NCBI GenBank assembly: GCA_050950285.1
Contig: JBMNHG010000006.1
Coordinates: 355,167 to 419,166, forward strand
DNA length: 64,000 nucleotides
DNA from: Kiritimatiellia bacterium
GTDB taxonomy: Bacteria > Verrucomicrobiota > Kiritimatiellia > RFP12 > JBMNHG01
Direction: 5' to 3'
Part shown: piece by piece, positions 18,043 through 27,905 of the stretch
Position numbering within the stretch: position 1 is the first letter of the stretch
Layout: each line of letters opens with the position of its first letter
Notes under the pieces: model-generated
What the model was told of the DNA's origin: nothing
Seen by the model: the letters and a program-made list of their open reading frames with translations, nothing else
The model's database searches: none
Made by a program: the position numbers and the translations under genes

Positions 18043-19272
18043 ATGTCTGTCTTTGCCTATACCGCCCTTTCCGGCGGGAAGCGCGTGCAAGGGCGCATCG
18101 AGGCCCCGGATCGCCGCACTGCGATGGCCCTGCTGAAACGCCGGGGGGAGACGCCTTTGTCCCTCCGCGAGGCGGCTCCCTCGGCCGTGGTCGCCTCCAC
18201 GCCTTGGTGGAAGTTCTCTGCGGGCGACTCCATGAAGATGAAGCCGGGCGAGGTGTTGCTCTTCACCTCCGAGCTCAGCGACCTGCTCGCCGCCGGCATG
18301 ACCTTGGGCCAGGCGCTGAATTGTCTCGCCGGGCACGGCCAGACGCCCGCCGCCCGCGTCGCGGGAGATTTGCGCGACCGCATCATTGGCGGCGCTTCGC
18401 TTTCCGACGCCGTGAAGGCCCACCCGGACTCCTTTCCGCCTCTCTACGGCAACATGATCCATGCTGGCGAGGCCTCCGGCGCCATCCCCGAAGTGCTCCG
18501 CCGCCTTGTCGAGCACTATGAACGCATGCAGGCGATGAAGGAGCGCATCACACAGGCCCTCGCCTATCCCGTGATCGTGCTCGTGATGGGCGTCCTCACC
18601 GTGATTTTCGCCATGGTGAAGATCGTGCCGCAGTTCCTGACGGTCTTCGAGAACCTGGGTACCACGCTCCCGCTCCCCACGCGGATTCTTCTGGGGATGA
18701 GCGACTTCACCGTCAAGTACGGCATTTTCGTGGCCATCGGCGTGGTGATCGTCGTCGTCCTTCTCCGGCGCTACGTGAAGACCCCTGCGGGGCGCCTGCG
18801 GCTGGACACGTTCAAGCTGAAACTTCCGCTCGTGAAGGGGATCGTCGCGAACGGCATCTTCACGAACATGGCGAACACCCTCCAGACTCTCCTCGCGAAC
18901 GGCGTGCCCGTGCTTCAGGCCCTGCGCATCACCGAGGAGACCGTCGGCAACGCCGTCATCGCCCGCGAACTGCGCAACGCCCGCGAGCGCGTGACCGACG
19001 GCACCACCATCTCCGGTCCGCTTGCCGCCGGCAAGGTCTTCCCCTCCACGATGACCGACCTGCTGGCCATCGGCGAACAGACCGGCGACATGCCCGGAGC
19101 GCTTGCCCACATCGCCCGCCGCTACGAGAACGAACTCGACCGCAACATCCGCCTCTTCACGGTGGCCCTGGAGCCCATCCTGATCATCCTCGTGGCTCTT
19201 GGCGTGGGCTTCGTGGCCATCAGCATCCTCATGGCCGTCTTCGAGGTCACCAGCGGCCTCGGCGCCCAATAA
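18043..19272 (+). CDS. gspF: type II secretion system inner membrane platform protein F
   Basis: FTSELSDLLAAGM.L.QAL, GEASG.IPEVL.RL..HYE, ALAYP, LPLPTRILLG.S, GEQTG.M, LEPILII. Confidence 0.93.
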   Translation: MSVFAYTALSGGKRVQGRIEAPDRRTAMALLKRRGETPLSLREAAPSAVVASTPWWKFSAGDSMKMKPGEVLLFTSELSDLLAAGMTLGQALNCLAGHGQTPAARVAGDLRDRIIGGASLSDAVKAHPDSFPPLYGNMIHAGEASGAIPEVLRRLVEHYERMQAMKERITQALAYPVIVLVMGVLTVIFAMVKIVPQFLTVFENLGTTLPLPTRILLGMSDFTVKYGIFVAIGVVIVVVLLRRYVKTPAGRLRLDTFKLKLPLVKGIVANGIFTNMANTLQTLLANGVPVLQALRITEETVGNAVIARELRNARERVTDGTTISGPLAAGKVFPSTMTDLLAIGEQTGDMPGALAHIARRYENELDRNIRLFTVALEPILIILVALGVGFVAISILMAVFEVTSGLGAQ

Positions 19273-19292
19273 CCTTTTTTGGAGGAACGAAC

Positions 19293-19697
19293 ATGAACAT
19301 CCGAACATCCGAACGCACCCTCGTCCAGGCATCGCGCCATGGCTTCACCCTCGTCGAGCTTCTTCTCGTGGTCGCCATCCTCGGCGTGCTCGCCGGCGTG
19401 GTCGCCGTGAAGTTCGGCGGACAGGGCGAAAGCGCCCGCATCAACGCGACCCGCGCCAGCATCAGCGCCATCAAGACCGCCGTGGAAGCCTACGAGATCC
19501 GCATGGGCCGCTATCCGGAGTCGATCGACGACCTCACCGTGGGCACGGACAGCCTGCCCCCGCTCCTCGAGAAGAACCGCATCACGGACGCCTGGGGCAA
19601 CCCCTTCGACTTCAAGAAGACCGGCAAGTACGAGTTCCAGATCCGCTCCGCCGGACCCGACGGCCAGATGGGAACCGGGGACGACATCACGAACTGA
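19293..19697 (+). CDS. gspG: T2SS major pseudopilin G
   Basis: G|FTLVELLLVVAILG prepilin site; DAWGNPF...IRSAGPDGQMGTGDDI. Confidence 0.92.
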   Translation: MNIRTSERTLVQASRHGFTLVELLLVVAILGVLAGVVAVKFGGQGESARINATRASISAIKTAVEAYEIRMGRYPESIDDLTVGTDSLPPLLEKNRITDAWGNPFDFKKTGKYEFQIRSAGPDGQMGTGDDITN

Positions 19698-20383
19698 TGC
19701 CTCCTTCCCGTCCATCGCGGCCCCACCGCTCCGGCTTCACCCTGCTCGAGCTGCTGATGGTGATCGTGATCCTGGGCGTGCTCGCCGCCGTGGTCGCGCC
19801 CCGCATAGGCGCATCCATGGGTGGCGGCAGGCTGCGGGTCGGGGCGCGTGGCGTGATGCAAGCCGCCCGCTACGCCCGCACCATGTCGCTCCTGCACCAG
19901 CTGGACATCGACCTCGTGCTCGACCTCTCCCCGGAGCACGCCAAGGTGCGCGTCGAGGCGGCCCCCCTCTACGGCGAACGCGCCGACGGCGGCGCCTCCG
20001 GACGCATCCGGCTCCCGTCGGGCGAGGACGACGCCAACCCGGTCTCCGGCACCTCCCCCGCCCTTTCGCCGGGCTTCGACGAAGAAAGCGGCCAGTACGG
20101 ATCCGCCGTCTCCAGCGCCGCGCAGCTCGCCGCCCAGGCCCTCGCCGAAACCGTCCGGACCGAGATCGAGGCGCCGGGATGCACCTACGCCTTCCTCGGC
20201 TACCGCGACAACGCGGGCGGCGCCTCCACCGGGAAAACCGAAGGCGAAGCGCGCATCCGCTTCCGCAGCAACGGCACCTGCCGCCCCTTCGCCGTGCGCG
20301 TGAGCATCACCGACGACGACGCCCTCTACGTCAGCTTCGACTTGCTCGGATCGGCCGCCGTCGACAAGGATCCCCCCCGATGA
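19697..20383 (+). CDS. gspH: T2SS minor pseudopilin H-like
   Basis: G|FTLLELLMVIVILG; IRFRSNG near C-terminus; follows gspG with TGATG overlap. Confidence 0.75.
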   Translation: MPPSRPSRPHRSGFTLLELLMVIVILGVLAAVVAPRIGASMGGGRLRVGARGVMQAARYARTMSLLHQLDIDLVLDLSPEHAKVRVEAAPLYGERADGGASGRIRLPSGEDDANPVSGTSPALSPGFDEESGQYGSAVSSAAQLAAQALAETVRTEIEAPGCTYAFLGYRDNAGGASTGKTEGEARIRFRSNGTCRPFAVRVSITDDDALYVSFDLLGSAAVDKDPPR

Positions 20384-20793
20384 AAGCCCCCTTCCAATCC
20401 GCGAAAAGCGGCATGACGCTCGTGGAGGTGCTGCTGGCCACCATCATCCTCGCCACGGGCCTCACCGCGCTTCTGACGGGGCTCTCCTCCTGCCTCGCCG
20501 TCATGCGCGCCTCGCGCGTGGTCTCCACCGCGCAATGGGTGCTCGGAATGGGCGAACTCAAGCATCCGCTTCGCGCCGTCGAGGAGCTCGAAGAACTGGA
20601 CATCGACGGCGACACCTCCATCGCGGAAGGATTCACCTTCTCCCGCAAGGTCGAGGAGAAGGAGATCGCGGACGACGACGAGGACGACGGCCTGCGCGTG
20701 GTCCGGACCCGCGTCTCCTGGGGATCGGGGAAAGAGGGCGAATACCTGGAGGTCGTCCGCCTCCTCTGGGAAAAACCGGAGGATCGCCCATGA
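20380..20793 (+). CDS. gspI: T2SS minor pseudopilin I-like
   Basis: G|MTLVEVLLA; GLRVVRTRVSW; ATGA overlap. Confidence 0.75.
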   Translation: MKAPFQSAKSGMTLVEVLLATIILATGLTALLTGLSSCLAVMRASRVVSTAQWVLGMGELKHPLRAVEELEELDIDGDTSIAEGFTFSRKVEEKEIADDDEDDGLRVVRTRVSWGSGKEGEYLEVVRLLWEKPEDRP

Positions 20794-21665
20794 AACGCTC
20801 CGGATTCACCCTGCTCGAGCTGGTCTTGGTGGTCGGCATCCTCGCCGTCATCTCCACGGTCGCCTACTTCACCTTCAACGCGGGCGTCAACGCCTGGCGC
20901 ACCGGCACCCGGCTTGCCGACTCCCTCCACCACGCCGAATACGTGCTCGAACAGGTGGTGATGGGATTGCGCTCCGCCTACTACCCCGACGGCGGGAAGG
21001 CCAACGCGAACTACGGATTCGTGCTGGAAGACGATGGATCCGACGGCCCGGACGCGCGCGACACCATCAGCTGGGTCAAGCTGGGCACGTCGCTCGTCGG
21101 GGCGGACGCCCCCTTCGCCGGCATTCCCCATCGCGTCGAAATCGGCGTCTTCGACCCCGACGACGCCTCGGCCTCCCATGGCTTCGGCGTACGCGCCTGG
21201 CGCATCGACAGCCAGCCCGAGGACTTCGACCCGGAAGAGGAAGTGGAGCCGTTCTTCCTCACCGACAAGATTCTCGGCATCAACTGCCGCACCCTCGCCA
21301 ACGACCAGGAAGACGAGGACGAGCTTGCCTGGGAGGACGAGTGGGAGGACACCAACCGCGTCCCCTTCGCCGTGGAAATCACCCTCTACCTCGAACCCCC
21401 GAGGGAGGGCGACGACCCCGTCGAAGTGCAGCGCATCGCGGAAATCCCCCTCGCCGGACTCTCCTGGAAGGACAGGGGGGTAGTCTCCCCCCTCGCCCGT
21501 CCGCGCTCCACCCACACCTCCATCTCCACCGGCGGCGGCTCCGGCCAAACGCCCGGATCCGACTCCTCCGACCCGAAGCCCCGCCCCGGGCCCCGGCGGA
21601 GAACCACCCCCCCGGCGGGCTCGGGCGCCTCCCGGCCATCCGGCAACGCGGGAGGCTCCCCGTGA
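20790..21665 (+). CDS. gspJ: T2SS minor pseudopilin J-like
   Basis: G|FTLLELVLV; WEDEWEDTNRVPFAVEITL. Confidence 0.75.
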   Translation: MKRSGFTLLELVLVVGILAVISTVAYFTFNAGVNAWRTGTRLADSLHHAEYVLEQVVMGLRSAYYPDGGKANANYGFVLEDDGSDGPDARDTISWVKLGTSLVGADAPFAGIPHRVEIGVFDPDDASASHGFGVRAWRIDSQPEDFDPEEEVEPFFLTDKILGINCRTLANDQEDEDELAWEDEWEDTNRVPFAVEITLYLEPPREGDDPVEVQRIAEIPLAGLSWKDRGVVSPLARPRSTHTSISTGGGSGQTPGSDSSDPKPRPGPRRRTTPPAGSGASRPSGNAGGSP

Positions 21666-22726
21666 CCCGGCGCGACCTCCTCCCGGAAACGCGGCGCGCC
21701 GCGTCCGATCCGGCGCGGGGTTCCGCGCTGATCATCGCCCTCTGGACGATCGGCCTCCTCTCGATGCTCGTCGTCTCCTTCGCCTTCGACGCCCACTTGG
21801 AGGGCAAGGCCGCCTCTTCCGCCCGCCACCGCCGCGAAGCCGAATACATCGCGCTGTCCGGCATCCCCGTGGCCGAAATGCTGCTCGACAAGCAACGCGG
21901 CGTGGACGTCGAAGCCGACCCCGCCGACGTCGCCGACGACCCCTGGCACGCGCCCGCCGTAAGCCTCAAGACCGGCCGCGGCTTCGCGGGGCTCGTCATC
22001 AGCAACGAGGCCTTCAACGGCACCCTCACGCTGGACATGGAGCCCGAACCCGGGCGGCGCAACGTGAACAAGCTTTCCGACGACGACTGGGAGCGCATCC
22101 TCACCGTGGCCGGCGTGCCCGAAGACTACTTCCCCGAACTGATCGACTCCTTCTTCGACTGGATCGACGACGACAGCGTCCCGCGCGCCGACGGCGCCGA
22201 GACGGAGGACTATTACGAAGAGCTCGACCCGCCCTACCGCGCCCGCAACGCCCCCGTGGACACCGTCCGCGAACTCCTGCTCGTGAAGGGCTTCAACGAG
22301 GCCATCCTCTCCGGCGGCGTGCTCAACCCCGGCGATCCCGAGGAGAGCTGGATCCGCATCTCCGGCATCCAGGACATGCTCACCACCTACGGCGACGGCC
22401 TGGTGAACGTGAATGCCGCCGGCGCCCGGGTGCTCCAGACGCTGCCCGAGGTGGACGAAATCGTCGCGGGCGCCATCATCGAAGAGCGCGAGCGCGGCAA
22501 GACGGGCGGCGGCGAGGCGGACGACACCTCCTTCACCAGCGTCGGGGACCTCACCTCGCGCATCCCCGACCTCCCCCCTTCCATCGGCTCCTATGTGGCC
22601 ATGCGCTCCGACATCTACCGCCTCACGGCCGTGGGGCACGTCGGCCGCGTCACCCGGCGCGTCTGGGCCATCGTCCATCACGACGGCAACGCCATGCGGA
22701 TCCTCCGCTGGCGCGAGGAGCCCTGA
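21662..22726 (+). CDS. gspK: T2SS minor pseudopilin K
   Basis: RG|SALIIALW; DWIDDD...GAETEDYY..LDPPY.ARNAP..TVRELLLVKGF; VNVNAA; GTG start. Confidence 0.88.
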   Translation: MTRRDLLPETRRAASDPARGSALIIALWTIGLLSMLVVSFAFDAHLEGKAASSARHRREAEYIALSGIPVAEMLLDKQRGVDVEADPADVADDPWHAPAVSLKTGRGFAGLVISNEAFNGTLTLDMEPEPGRRNVNKLSDDDWERILTVAGVPEDYFPELIDSFFDWIDDDSVPRADGAETEDYYEELDPPYRARNAPVDTVRELLLVKGFNEAILSGGVLNPGDPEESWIRISGIQDMLTTYGDGLVNVNAAGARVLQTLPEVDEIVAGAIIEERERGKTGGGEADDTSFTSVGDLTSRIPDLPPSIGSYVAMRSDIYRLTAVGHVGRVTRRVWAIVHHDGNAMRILRWREEP

Positions 22727-22748
22727 CCATCCCCCACCCCCGCATGCC

Positions 22749-23513
22749 ATGAACGACACCACCGACCGGACCTCCACCGGCTCCCCGTTCCCCGAGACGG
22801 CGGACATCGAGACGTCGAACGACGACTACGCCACCCGCTTCCGCGGGGCGACCGGCGCCTGGATGCTCGCCGTGCAGGCGGACATCATGATGCAGCTGCT
22901 GCGCCCCGCCCCCGGCTGGCGCGTGCTGGACGTGGGCGGAGGCCACGCCCAGCTCACGAAGCCCCTCCTCGACGCCGGATGCCGCCTGGTCGTGCTGGGG
23001 AGCGCCCCCAGCTGCCGCCACCGCCTCGAGCCCTTCCTCGAACCGGGCCGGTGCGACTTCCAGGTGGGCAACGTGGTGGAGCTCCCCTTCGAGGACAACG
23101 CCTTCGACGGCGTCGTCTGCTTCCGTCTTTTCACCCACTGCGGACGCTGGCGGCAGCTCGCCGCCGAACTGGCGCGCGTGAGCCGCGGGCCGGTGGTCTT
23201 CGACTACCCCACCCGCCAGAGCCTGAACGCCATCGCACCCGCCTTCTTCGGCGCGAAGAAACGCTTCGAGAAGAACACGCGCACGTGGACGCTCTTCCGG
23301 CACGCGCAAATCCGCGACGCCTTCGGGAAGGCCGGCTGGAAAATCGTCCGCCGCAAGGCGCAATTCTGGATGCCCATGGTCGTCCACCGCGCCCTCCATT
23401 GCGCCACCCTCTCCGCCTTCCTCGAAGGCGCCGGGCGCTGCCTGGGCCTTACCGCCCTGGCCGGCTCGCCCGTGATCGCACGCGCCGAAAACGCATCAGG
23501 AACCCCATCATGA
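22749..23513 (+). CDS. class I SAM-dependent methyltransferase
   Basis: VLDVGGGHA motif I; LPFEDNAFDGVVCFR. Confidence 0.85.
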   Translation: MNDTTDRTSTGSPFPETADIETSNDDYATRFRGATGAWMLAVQADIMMQLLRPAPGWRVLDVGGGHAQLTKPLLDAGCRLVVLGSAPSCRHRLEPFLEPGRCDFQVGNVVELPFEDNAFDGVVCFRLFTHCGRWRQLAAELARVSRGPVVFDYPTRQSLNAIAPAFFGAKKRFEKNTRTWTLFRHAQIRDAFGKAGWKIVRRKAQFWMPMVVHRALHCATLSAFLEGAGRCLGLTALAGSPVIARAENASGTPS

Positions 23514-24127
23514 CCCAACCGCTCCCCGACTTCCCCGTGGACCGCTCCCGCCTGGAGGCAGGCATTCGCGGCAGCCTGGAGGCCATCGGCTCCCTCTTCG
23601 GCCAACTCGACACCCTCGAAGCGGCCTCCCGCCTGCTTGTGGACACCCTTCGCTCCGGCGGAAAGGTCCTCACCTGCGGAAACGGCGGAAGCGCCGCCGA
23701 AGCCATGCACATGGCGGAGGAGCTCTCCGGACGCTTCCGCGGCAACCGGCGCAGCCTTCCGGGACTCGCGCTGACCGCCGACGGCACCGCCATCACCTGC
23801 ATCGCGAACGACTTCGGCTACGACGAGGTCTTCGCCCGCCAAATCGAGGGGCTCGGCGCCCCGGGCGACCTGCTCGTGGTCTTCTCCACCAGCGGCAAGG
23901 CCCGATGCCTCGCCCGCGCCGTATCGCAGGCCCGTGTCGGCGGGCTCCGCGTGCTGCTCCTGCTCGGCAGGGGCGGCGGTCCCCTCGCGGGTCGCGGCGA
24001 CGTCGCCATCGACATCCCCGACGCCCCGACCGAACGCATCCAGGAGGCCCACCAGGTGGTCCTCCACCTCCTCCTCGACCAAGTCGAACTCGCCTTCCCC
24101 GCCCCGGGCGGGGACACCCCCCGATGA
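23510..24127 (+). CDS. gmhA: D-sedoheptulose 7-phosphate isomerase (SIS domain)
   Basis: GGKVLTCGNGGSAAEAMH.AEEL.GRF, ANDFGYDEVFARQ, FSTSG, RIQEAH. Confidence 0.9.
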   Translation: MTQPLPDFPVDRSRLEAGIRGSLEAIGSLFGQLDTLEAASRLLVDTLRSGGKVLTCGNGGSAAEAMHMAEELSGRFRGNRRSLPGLALTADGTAITCIANDFGYDEVFARQIEGLGAPGDLLVVFSTSGKARCLARAVSQARVGGLRVLLLLGRGGGPLAGRGDVAIDIPDAPTERIQEAHQVVLHLLLDQVELAFPAPGGDTPR

Positions 24128-24190
24128 CCCGCCGCGAACGCTTCCGGGCCATCCTGGAGGGACGGCCCGCCGATCGCCTCCCCGTCCTCG
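24124..24190 (+). pseudogene. N-terminal remnant of a URO-D family gene
   Basis: ATGA-coupled to the gmhA stop; MTRRERFRAILEGRPADRLPV resembles the family N-terminus (cf. MNSKERFLAALRANGVPDRVP at 3823), after which similarity ends. Confidence 0.55.
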
Positions 24191-24230
24191 CCACGCAACT
24201 CCGCACACCAACACACCAGGAACACACCCC

Positions 24231-25100
24231 ATGGAAAAACCGGACGTCTTGTTCTGCGGCTCCGCCGCAGCCGAAGGAATCCCCGCCTATTTCTGCGATT
24301 GCCCCGTCTGCCGCGAAGCGGCGCGCCGCGGCGGGAAGGAGATCCGGAAGCGGACCAGCTACAACTTCGGGGGCGTGGTCCAGATCGACTTCGGCCCGGA
24401 CATCCTCCAGGCCTTCCACACGTACCGCGACCGCATGAACCGGATCCGCCACGTGCTCGTCACCCACGCCCACGAGGACCACCTCTCCCCCGAGGAGCTG
24501 GCATACCTGCGCGACGGGTTCTGCACCGTGCCAACCCAGCCGGACGGCATCACCCTCCACGGGACCCGCCCCACCTTCGAACGCATCGACCGCGAACTGG
24601 ATCCGGGGGCGACCGAAGACCGCGCCGACGCCGTCTACGCCTCCGGACGCCTCCGCACGCACGTGTTCCGCACCTTCGACGTCTTCGATCTCCCCGACGC
24701 GGGGGCCACGGTACGCACCTACCGCGCGAACCATTCCCCCCCCTTGGAACCGGTGGTGTACGTCGTCACGCTCGGCGGACGCACCGTCCTCTTCGGGAAC
24801 GACACCGGCTACTTCCCCGAGGACTCCTGGTCCGCGCTCGGGGCGGCGCGGGGGGAGCTCCGTCTGGACGTGGTGATTTTGGACGACACGGGCGCCATGC
24901 TGGACTGGCGCGACGGGCACATGGGCGCGCCGGCGGTGCTCGACACCTTTTCCCGCCTGGAGTCGCTGGGGCTGTCCGACCGTTCCACCGTGAAGGCGGT
25001 GAACCACTTCTCGCACAACGGCCGGGCCACCCATGCCGACCTGGAGGCCTTCTACGGGCCGCGCGGCATCCGGGTGGGATACGACGGACTGCTCCTCTAG
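24231..25100 (+). CDS. metallo-beta-lactamase fold hydrolase, PhnP-like
   Basis: GSAAAEGIP..FCDCPVC, THAHEDH motif, DTG, NHFSHNG, GYDGL. Confidence 0.85.
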   Translation: MEKPDVLFCGSAAAEGIPAYFCDCPVCREAARRGGKEIRKRTSYNFGGVVQIDFGPDILQAFHTYRDRMNRIRHVLVTHAHEDHLSPEELAYLRDGFCTVPTQPDGITLHGTRPTFERIDRELDPGATEDRADAVYASGRLRTHVFRTFDVFDLPDAGATVRTYRANHSPPLEPVVYVVTLGGRTVLFGNDTGYFPEDSWSALGAARGELRLDVVILDDTGAMLDWRDGHMGAPAVLDTFSRLESLGLSDRSTVKAVNHFSHNGRATHADLEAFYGPRGIRVGYDGLLL

Positions 25101-25795
25101 GCGTCCTGCGGCGGCTCTTCCCATGGCTCGAGGGAGCAGCGGAAGACATCGGCGAAGTGGCGAAGCACGGCGCGCTTGACCGCTTCCATGTCGACCGGGC
25201 GGCCGAGCAGCCGCTGGAGGGAGGTCACCCCGCACCCCTGCAGGCCGCAGGCGACGATGCCCCGGAAGTCGTCGAGGCGCGTGTTCACGTTGAGCGCGAA
25301 GCCGTGGCGCGTCACGCGATGGGAGACGTGGATGCCCAGTGCGCAGAGCTTGCAATCGCCCGCCCACACGCCGCGATTCCGTCCGTCGCGATGGGCCGAG
25401 ACGCCGAAATCGGCGACGGCGCGGAGGACGGTCTCCTCGAGGTTCGCGATGTAGTCCAGCACGCCGAGGCCGCGCTGCGGGAGATGGAGGATGGGGTATC
25501 CCACGAGCTGTCCGGGGCCGTGGTAGGTCACGTCGCCTCCGCGCGTGGCCTGCGCAAGCTGGATGCCGGCTTCGGCGCGGCGCGCCGCATCCCACAGCAC
25601 GTTCGCGGGAGAGGCGGAGCGCCCGAGGGTGTAGACCGGCGCGTGTTCGAGGAGGAGGAGCGTGTCCGGGCAGGCGCCGGCGCGGCGCGCCGCCGCGATC
25701 TCCTCCTGCAGCGCGAAGGCCTCGTCGAAGGGGACGCCCTGGCCCAGGTCGCGGACGCGGACGGGCGCGGGGGAACGCTCGGCGGAAGGATTCAT
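25097..25795 (-). CDS. lipB: lipoyl(octanoyl) transferase
   Basis: LLLEHAPVYTLG, RGGDVTYHGPGQLVGYPI, KLCALG, HGFALNV, IVACGL. Confidence 0.95.
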   Translation of the reverse strand: MNPSAERSPAPVRVRDLGQGVPFDEAFALQEEIAAARRAGACPDTLLLLEHAPVYTLGRSASPANVLWDAARRAEAGIQLAQATRGGDVTYHGPGQLVGYPILHLPQRGLGVLDYIANLEETVLRAVADFGVSAHRDGRNRGVWAGDCKLCALGIHVSHRVTRHGFALNVNTRLDDFRGIVACGLQGCGVTSLQRLLGRPVDMEAVKRAVLRHFADVFRCSLEPWEEPPQDA

Positions 25796-25809
25796 GGGCG
25801 CATGGGCAA

Positions 25810-26955
25810 CTACTCGATGCGCCCCCACCGGGGCGACGCGAAGGGCCAGTAGACCAGGGCGCCGGGGCCGAGAAGGTTCTCGCGGGGCACGGCGCCCCAG
25901 TAGCGGCTGTCGAGGCTGTTGCCCGTGTTGTCGCCCAGCGCGAAGTATTCGTCGGGGGCAAGGTCGAAGTGGTCGGCGGGCGTGCGAAGCGGGGCCCTGG
26001 AGACGCACTGCGGGGCGTTGCCGACCACCTGGTAGCCAAGGTAGGCGGGCGCCCAGTCGGCCAGTTTCTCGCGGCGCGCGATGCGGACGATGCTTTCGGG
26101 GGTCTTCACGACGGCGCCGTCCACGACCAGGTTCGGCGGCCGGATGGAGACCGATTCGCCGGGCAGGCCGACCATGCGCTTGATGTAGTGGGTGCCTTCG
26201 GGGAGGCCGGGGATGTTCTTCGTGGAGAAGACCATCACGTCGCCGCGACGCGGGGGGCGGAAGTTCCAGGTGAGACGATTCACGAAGACGTGGTCGCCCG
26301 CGCGGACGATGCCCGCCCACAGCAGGCCGCCCGAGCGGATCGTGCCGTCCGCGCGGAGATCCTTGAGAGCGCCCAGGTCGATGGTGTTGCCGCGCGTGAT
26401 GGCGTCGGAGGGGACGTGGTAGATCTTCCCCCCGATCCGGAAGGCGGCGTAGCCGGGCTTGAGCGATTGCGTGAGAGGGACGACCCTCCCGCCGGCCTCC
26501 ACGCGCACCTCCTTGTACCAATCGCCCGTGACGAACCACTTGAAGAGCTTGAGCGGCATCCGGTCGAGGATCGTGGGGCGTTCGCAGTCCACGGTGTGGA
26601 TGCCGTAGAGGGTGGGATGCATCGAACCCGTGGGAATCTGGAAGGGCTGGAAGAAGTAGCAGCGGAAGGCCATCGCCACCGCGATGGCCACCACGACCAC
26701 CTCGAAGTTCTCGAGGAAGACGTTGCGCTGGACGGCGCCGTGGAGCTCGAGGAAGTCCGAGAGCTTCTGCGCCTCCGCCTCGAGGTCGGCGAGACCGGCG
26801 TAACGCGCCGTCCTGGCGGCCGCGATCCGTTCCGACAGCTCTTCGAGAACGGACGGCTCCAGGAGGTCTCCGCGCAGGTTGCGGAGGGAGCGCGCCGCAG
26901 AGACCAGGGCGTCCAGCTGTTTGCGCGCCTTGCGTTTCTGGAGGAAGGTGGCCAT
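25810..26955 (-). CDS. lepB: signal peptidase I
   Basis: QPFQIPTGSMHPTL (Ser), YIKRMVGLPGE (Lys), GDNTGNSLDSRYWG. Confidence 0.93.
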   Translation of the reverse strand: MATFLQKRKARKQLDALVSAARSLRNLRGDLLEPSVLEELSERIAAARTARYAGLADLEAEAQKLSDFLELHGAVQRNVFLENFEVVVVAIAVAMAFRCYFFQPFQIPTGSMHPTLYGIHTVDCERPTILDRMPLKLFKWFVTGDWYKEVRVEAGGRVVPLTQSLKPGYAAFRIGGKIYHVPSDAITRGNTIDLGALKDLRADGTIRSGGLLWAGIVRAGDHVFVNRLTWNFRPPRRGDVMVFSTKNIPGLPEGTHYIKRMVGLPGESVSIRPPNLVVDGAVVKTPESIVRIARREKLADWAPAYLGYQVVGNAPQCVSRAPLRTPADHFDLAPDEYFALGDNTGNSLDSRYWGAVPRENLLGPGALVYWPFASPRWGRIE

Positions 26956-26984
26956 CGTGGGAGTCTCCGGGAAGGCGTGGCGGA

Positions 26985-27578
26985 TCAGAGGCGGCCGAAG
27001 CGGACCTCGAGGATGTCGCGGAGTTCGCGGTAGGCGATTTCGAGATCATCGTTCACCACGGAATGCATGTATTCGCCGGAACGGGCGAGTTCTTCCACCG
27101 CGTTGCCGAGGCGCTGCTCGATCTCCTCCGGGGTGTCTTCGCCGCGGTTGTACAGGCGGCGGCGCAGGACTTCCATGCTGGGCGGCCTGATGAAGATGTC
27201 CACGAATCCTTCGCGCAACGGGTCGTTCGGGGGAAGGCCCGCGACGAAATCCCTCACCTGGGCGGCGCCGGCCACGTCGATGTCCATCAGCACGCTCTGC
27301 CCCTCGGCGAAGGCTTCGCGCACCGGCCCCACGAGCGTGCCGTAGCGGTTGCCGTGCACAACCGCGTGCTCCAGGAAGAGCCCCTTCCCCACGCGCGCCT
27401 CGAACTCCTCGGGGGTCACGAAGAAGTAGTCGAGCCCGTCCTCCTCGGCGCCGCGCGGGGGGCGGGTGGTGCAGGAGACGGAATAGGTGATTTCGGGGTA
27501 GTCCTGGAGGAGCCGGTCGCAAAGCGTGGTTTTGCCCGTGCCCGAAGGGGCGGACATGACGATGAGCAGGGATTTCAT
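26985..27578 (-). CDS. gmk: guanylate kinase
   Basis: SAPSGTGKTT, SCTTRPPRGAEEDGLDYFF, HGNRYGT, DIDVAGA. Confidence 0.96.
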   Translation of the reverse strand: MKSLLIVMSAPSGTGKTTLCDRLLQDYPEITYSVSCTTRPPRGAEEDGLDYFFVTPEEFEARVGKGLFLEHAVVHGNRYGTLVGPVREAFAEGQSVLMDIDVAGAAQVRDFVAGLPPNDPLREGFVDIFIRPPSMEVLRRRLYNRGEDTPEEIEQRLGNAVEELARSGEYMHSVVNDDLEIAYRELRDILEVRFGRL

Positions 27579-27610
27579 GGGAGGCCTTTCATGGGGGCGA
27601 AGGGCGCAAA

Positions 27611-27901
27611 TCATGGCGTCCAGAGGCGGAAGAGAAGCCAGAAGGCGACGAGGGCGAGGAAGAGCTTCCAGACGAAGAGCCGGCCGACGAGTTCGGGGGC
27701 GGGCAGGCGGCGGGCGCGCGTCTGGCGCAGCCCGCCGGCGGCGATGTAGTGGAACATCCTCTCGCGGCGGGTGGTCTTGGGCGCGCCTTCGTCCTCGGGA
27801 AGCGTCTTGAGGCGGAAGGTCGTCGCGGGATCGGACTCCTTCGACCAGAGGCGTTCGGAGATGCCGTCGAGCCGACTGGATTTTTTCCGGAAGAGGGCCA
27901 T
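27611..27901 (-). CDS. hypothetical protein with C-terminal transmembrane helix
   Basis: 96 aa, in operon between the LysM gene and gmk. Confidence 0.6.
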   Translation of the reverse strand: MALFRKKSSRLDGISERLWSKESDPATTFRLKTLPEDEGAPKTTRRERMFHYIAAGGLRQTRARRLPAPELVGRLFVWKLFLALVAFWLLFRLWTP

Positions 27902-27905
27902 GGCG

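Noticed and set aside
18043..22726. Type IV pilus or competence pilus assignment
   Set aside because: The GspG C-terminal SAGPDG motif and a clear GspK indicate T2SS pseudopilins
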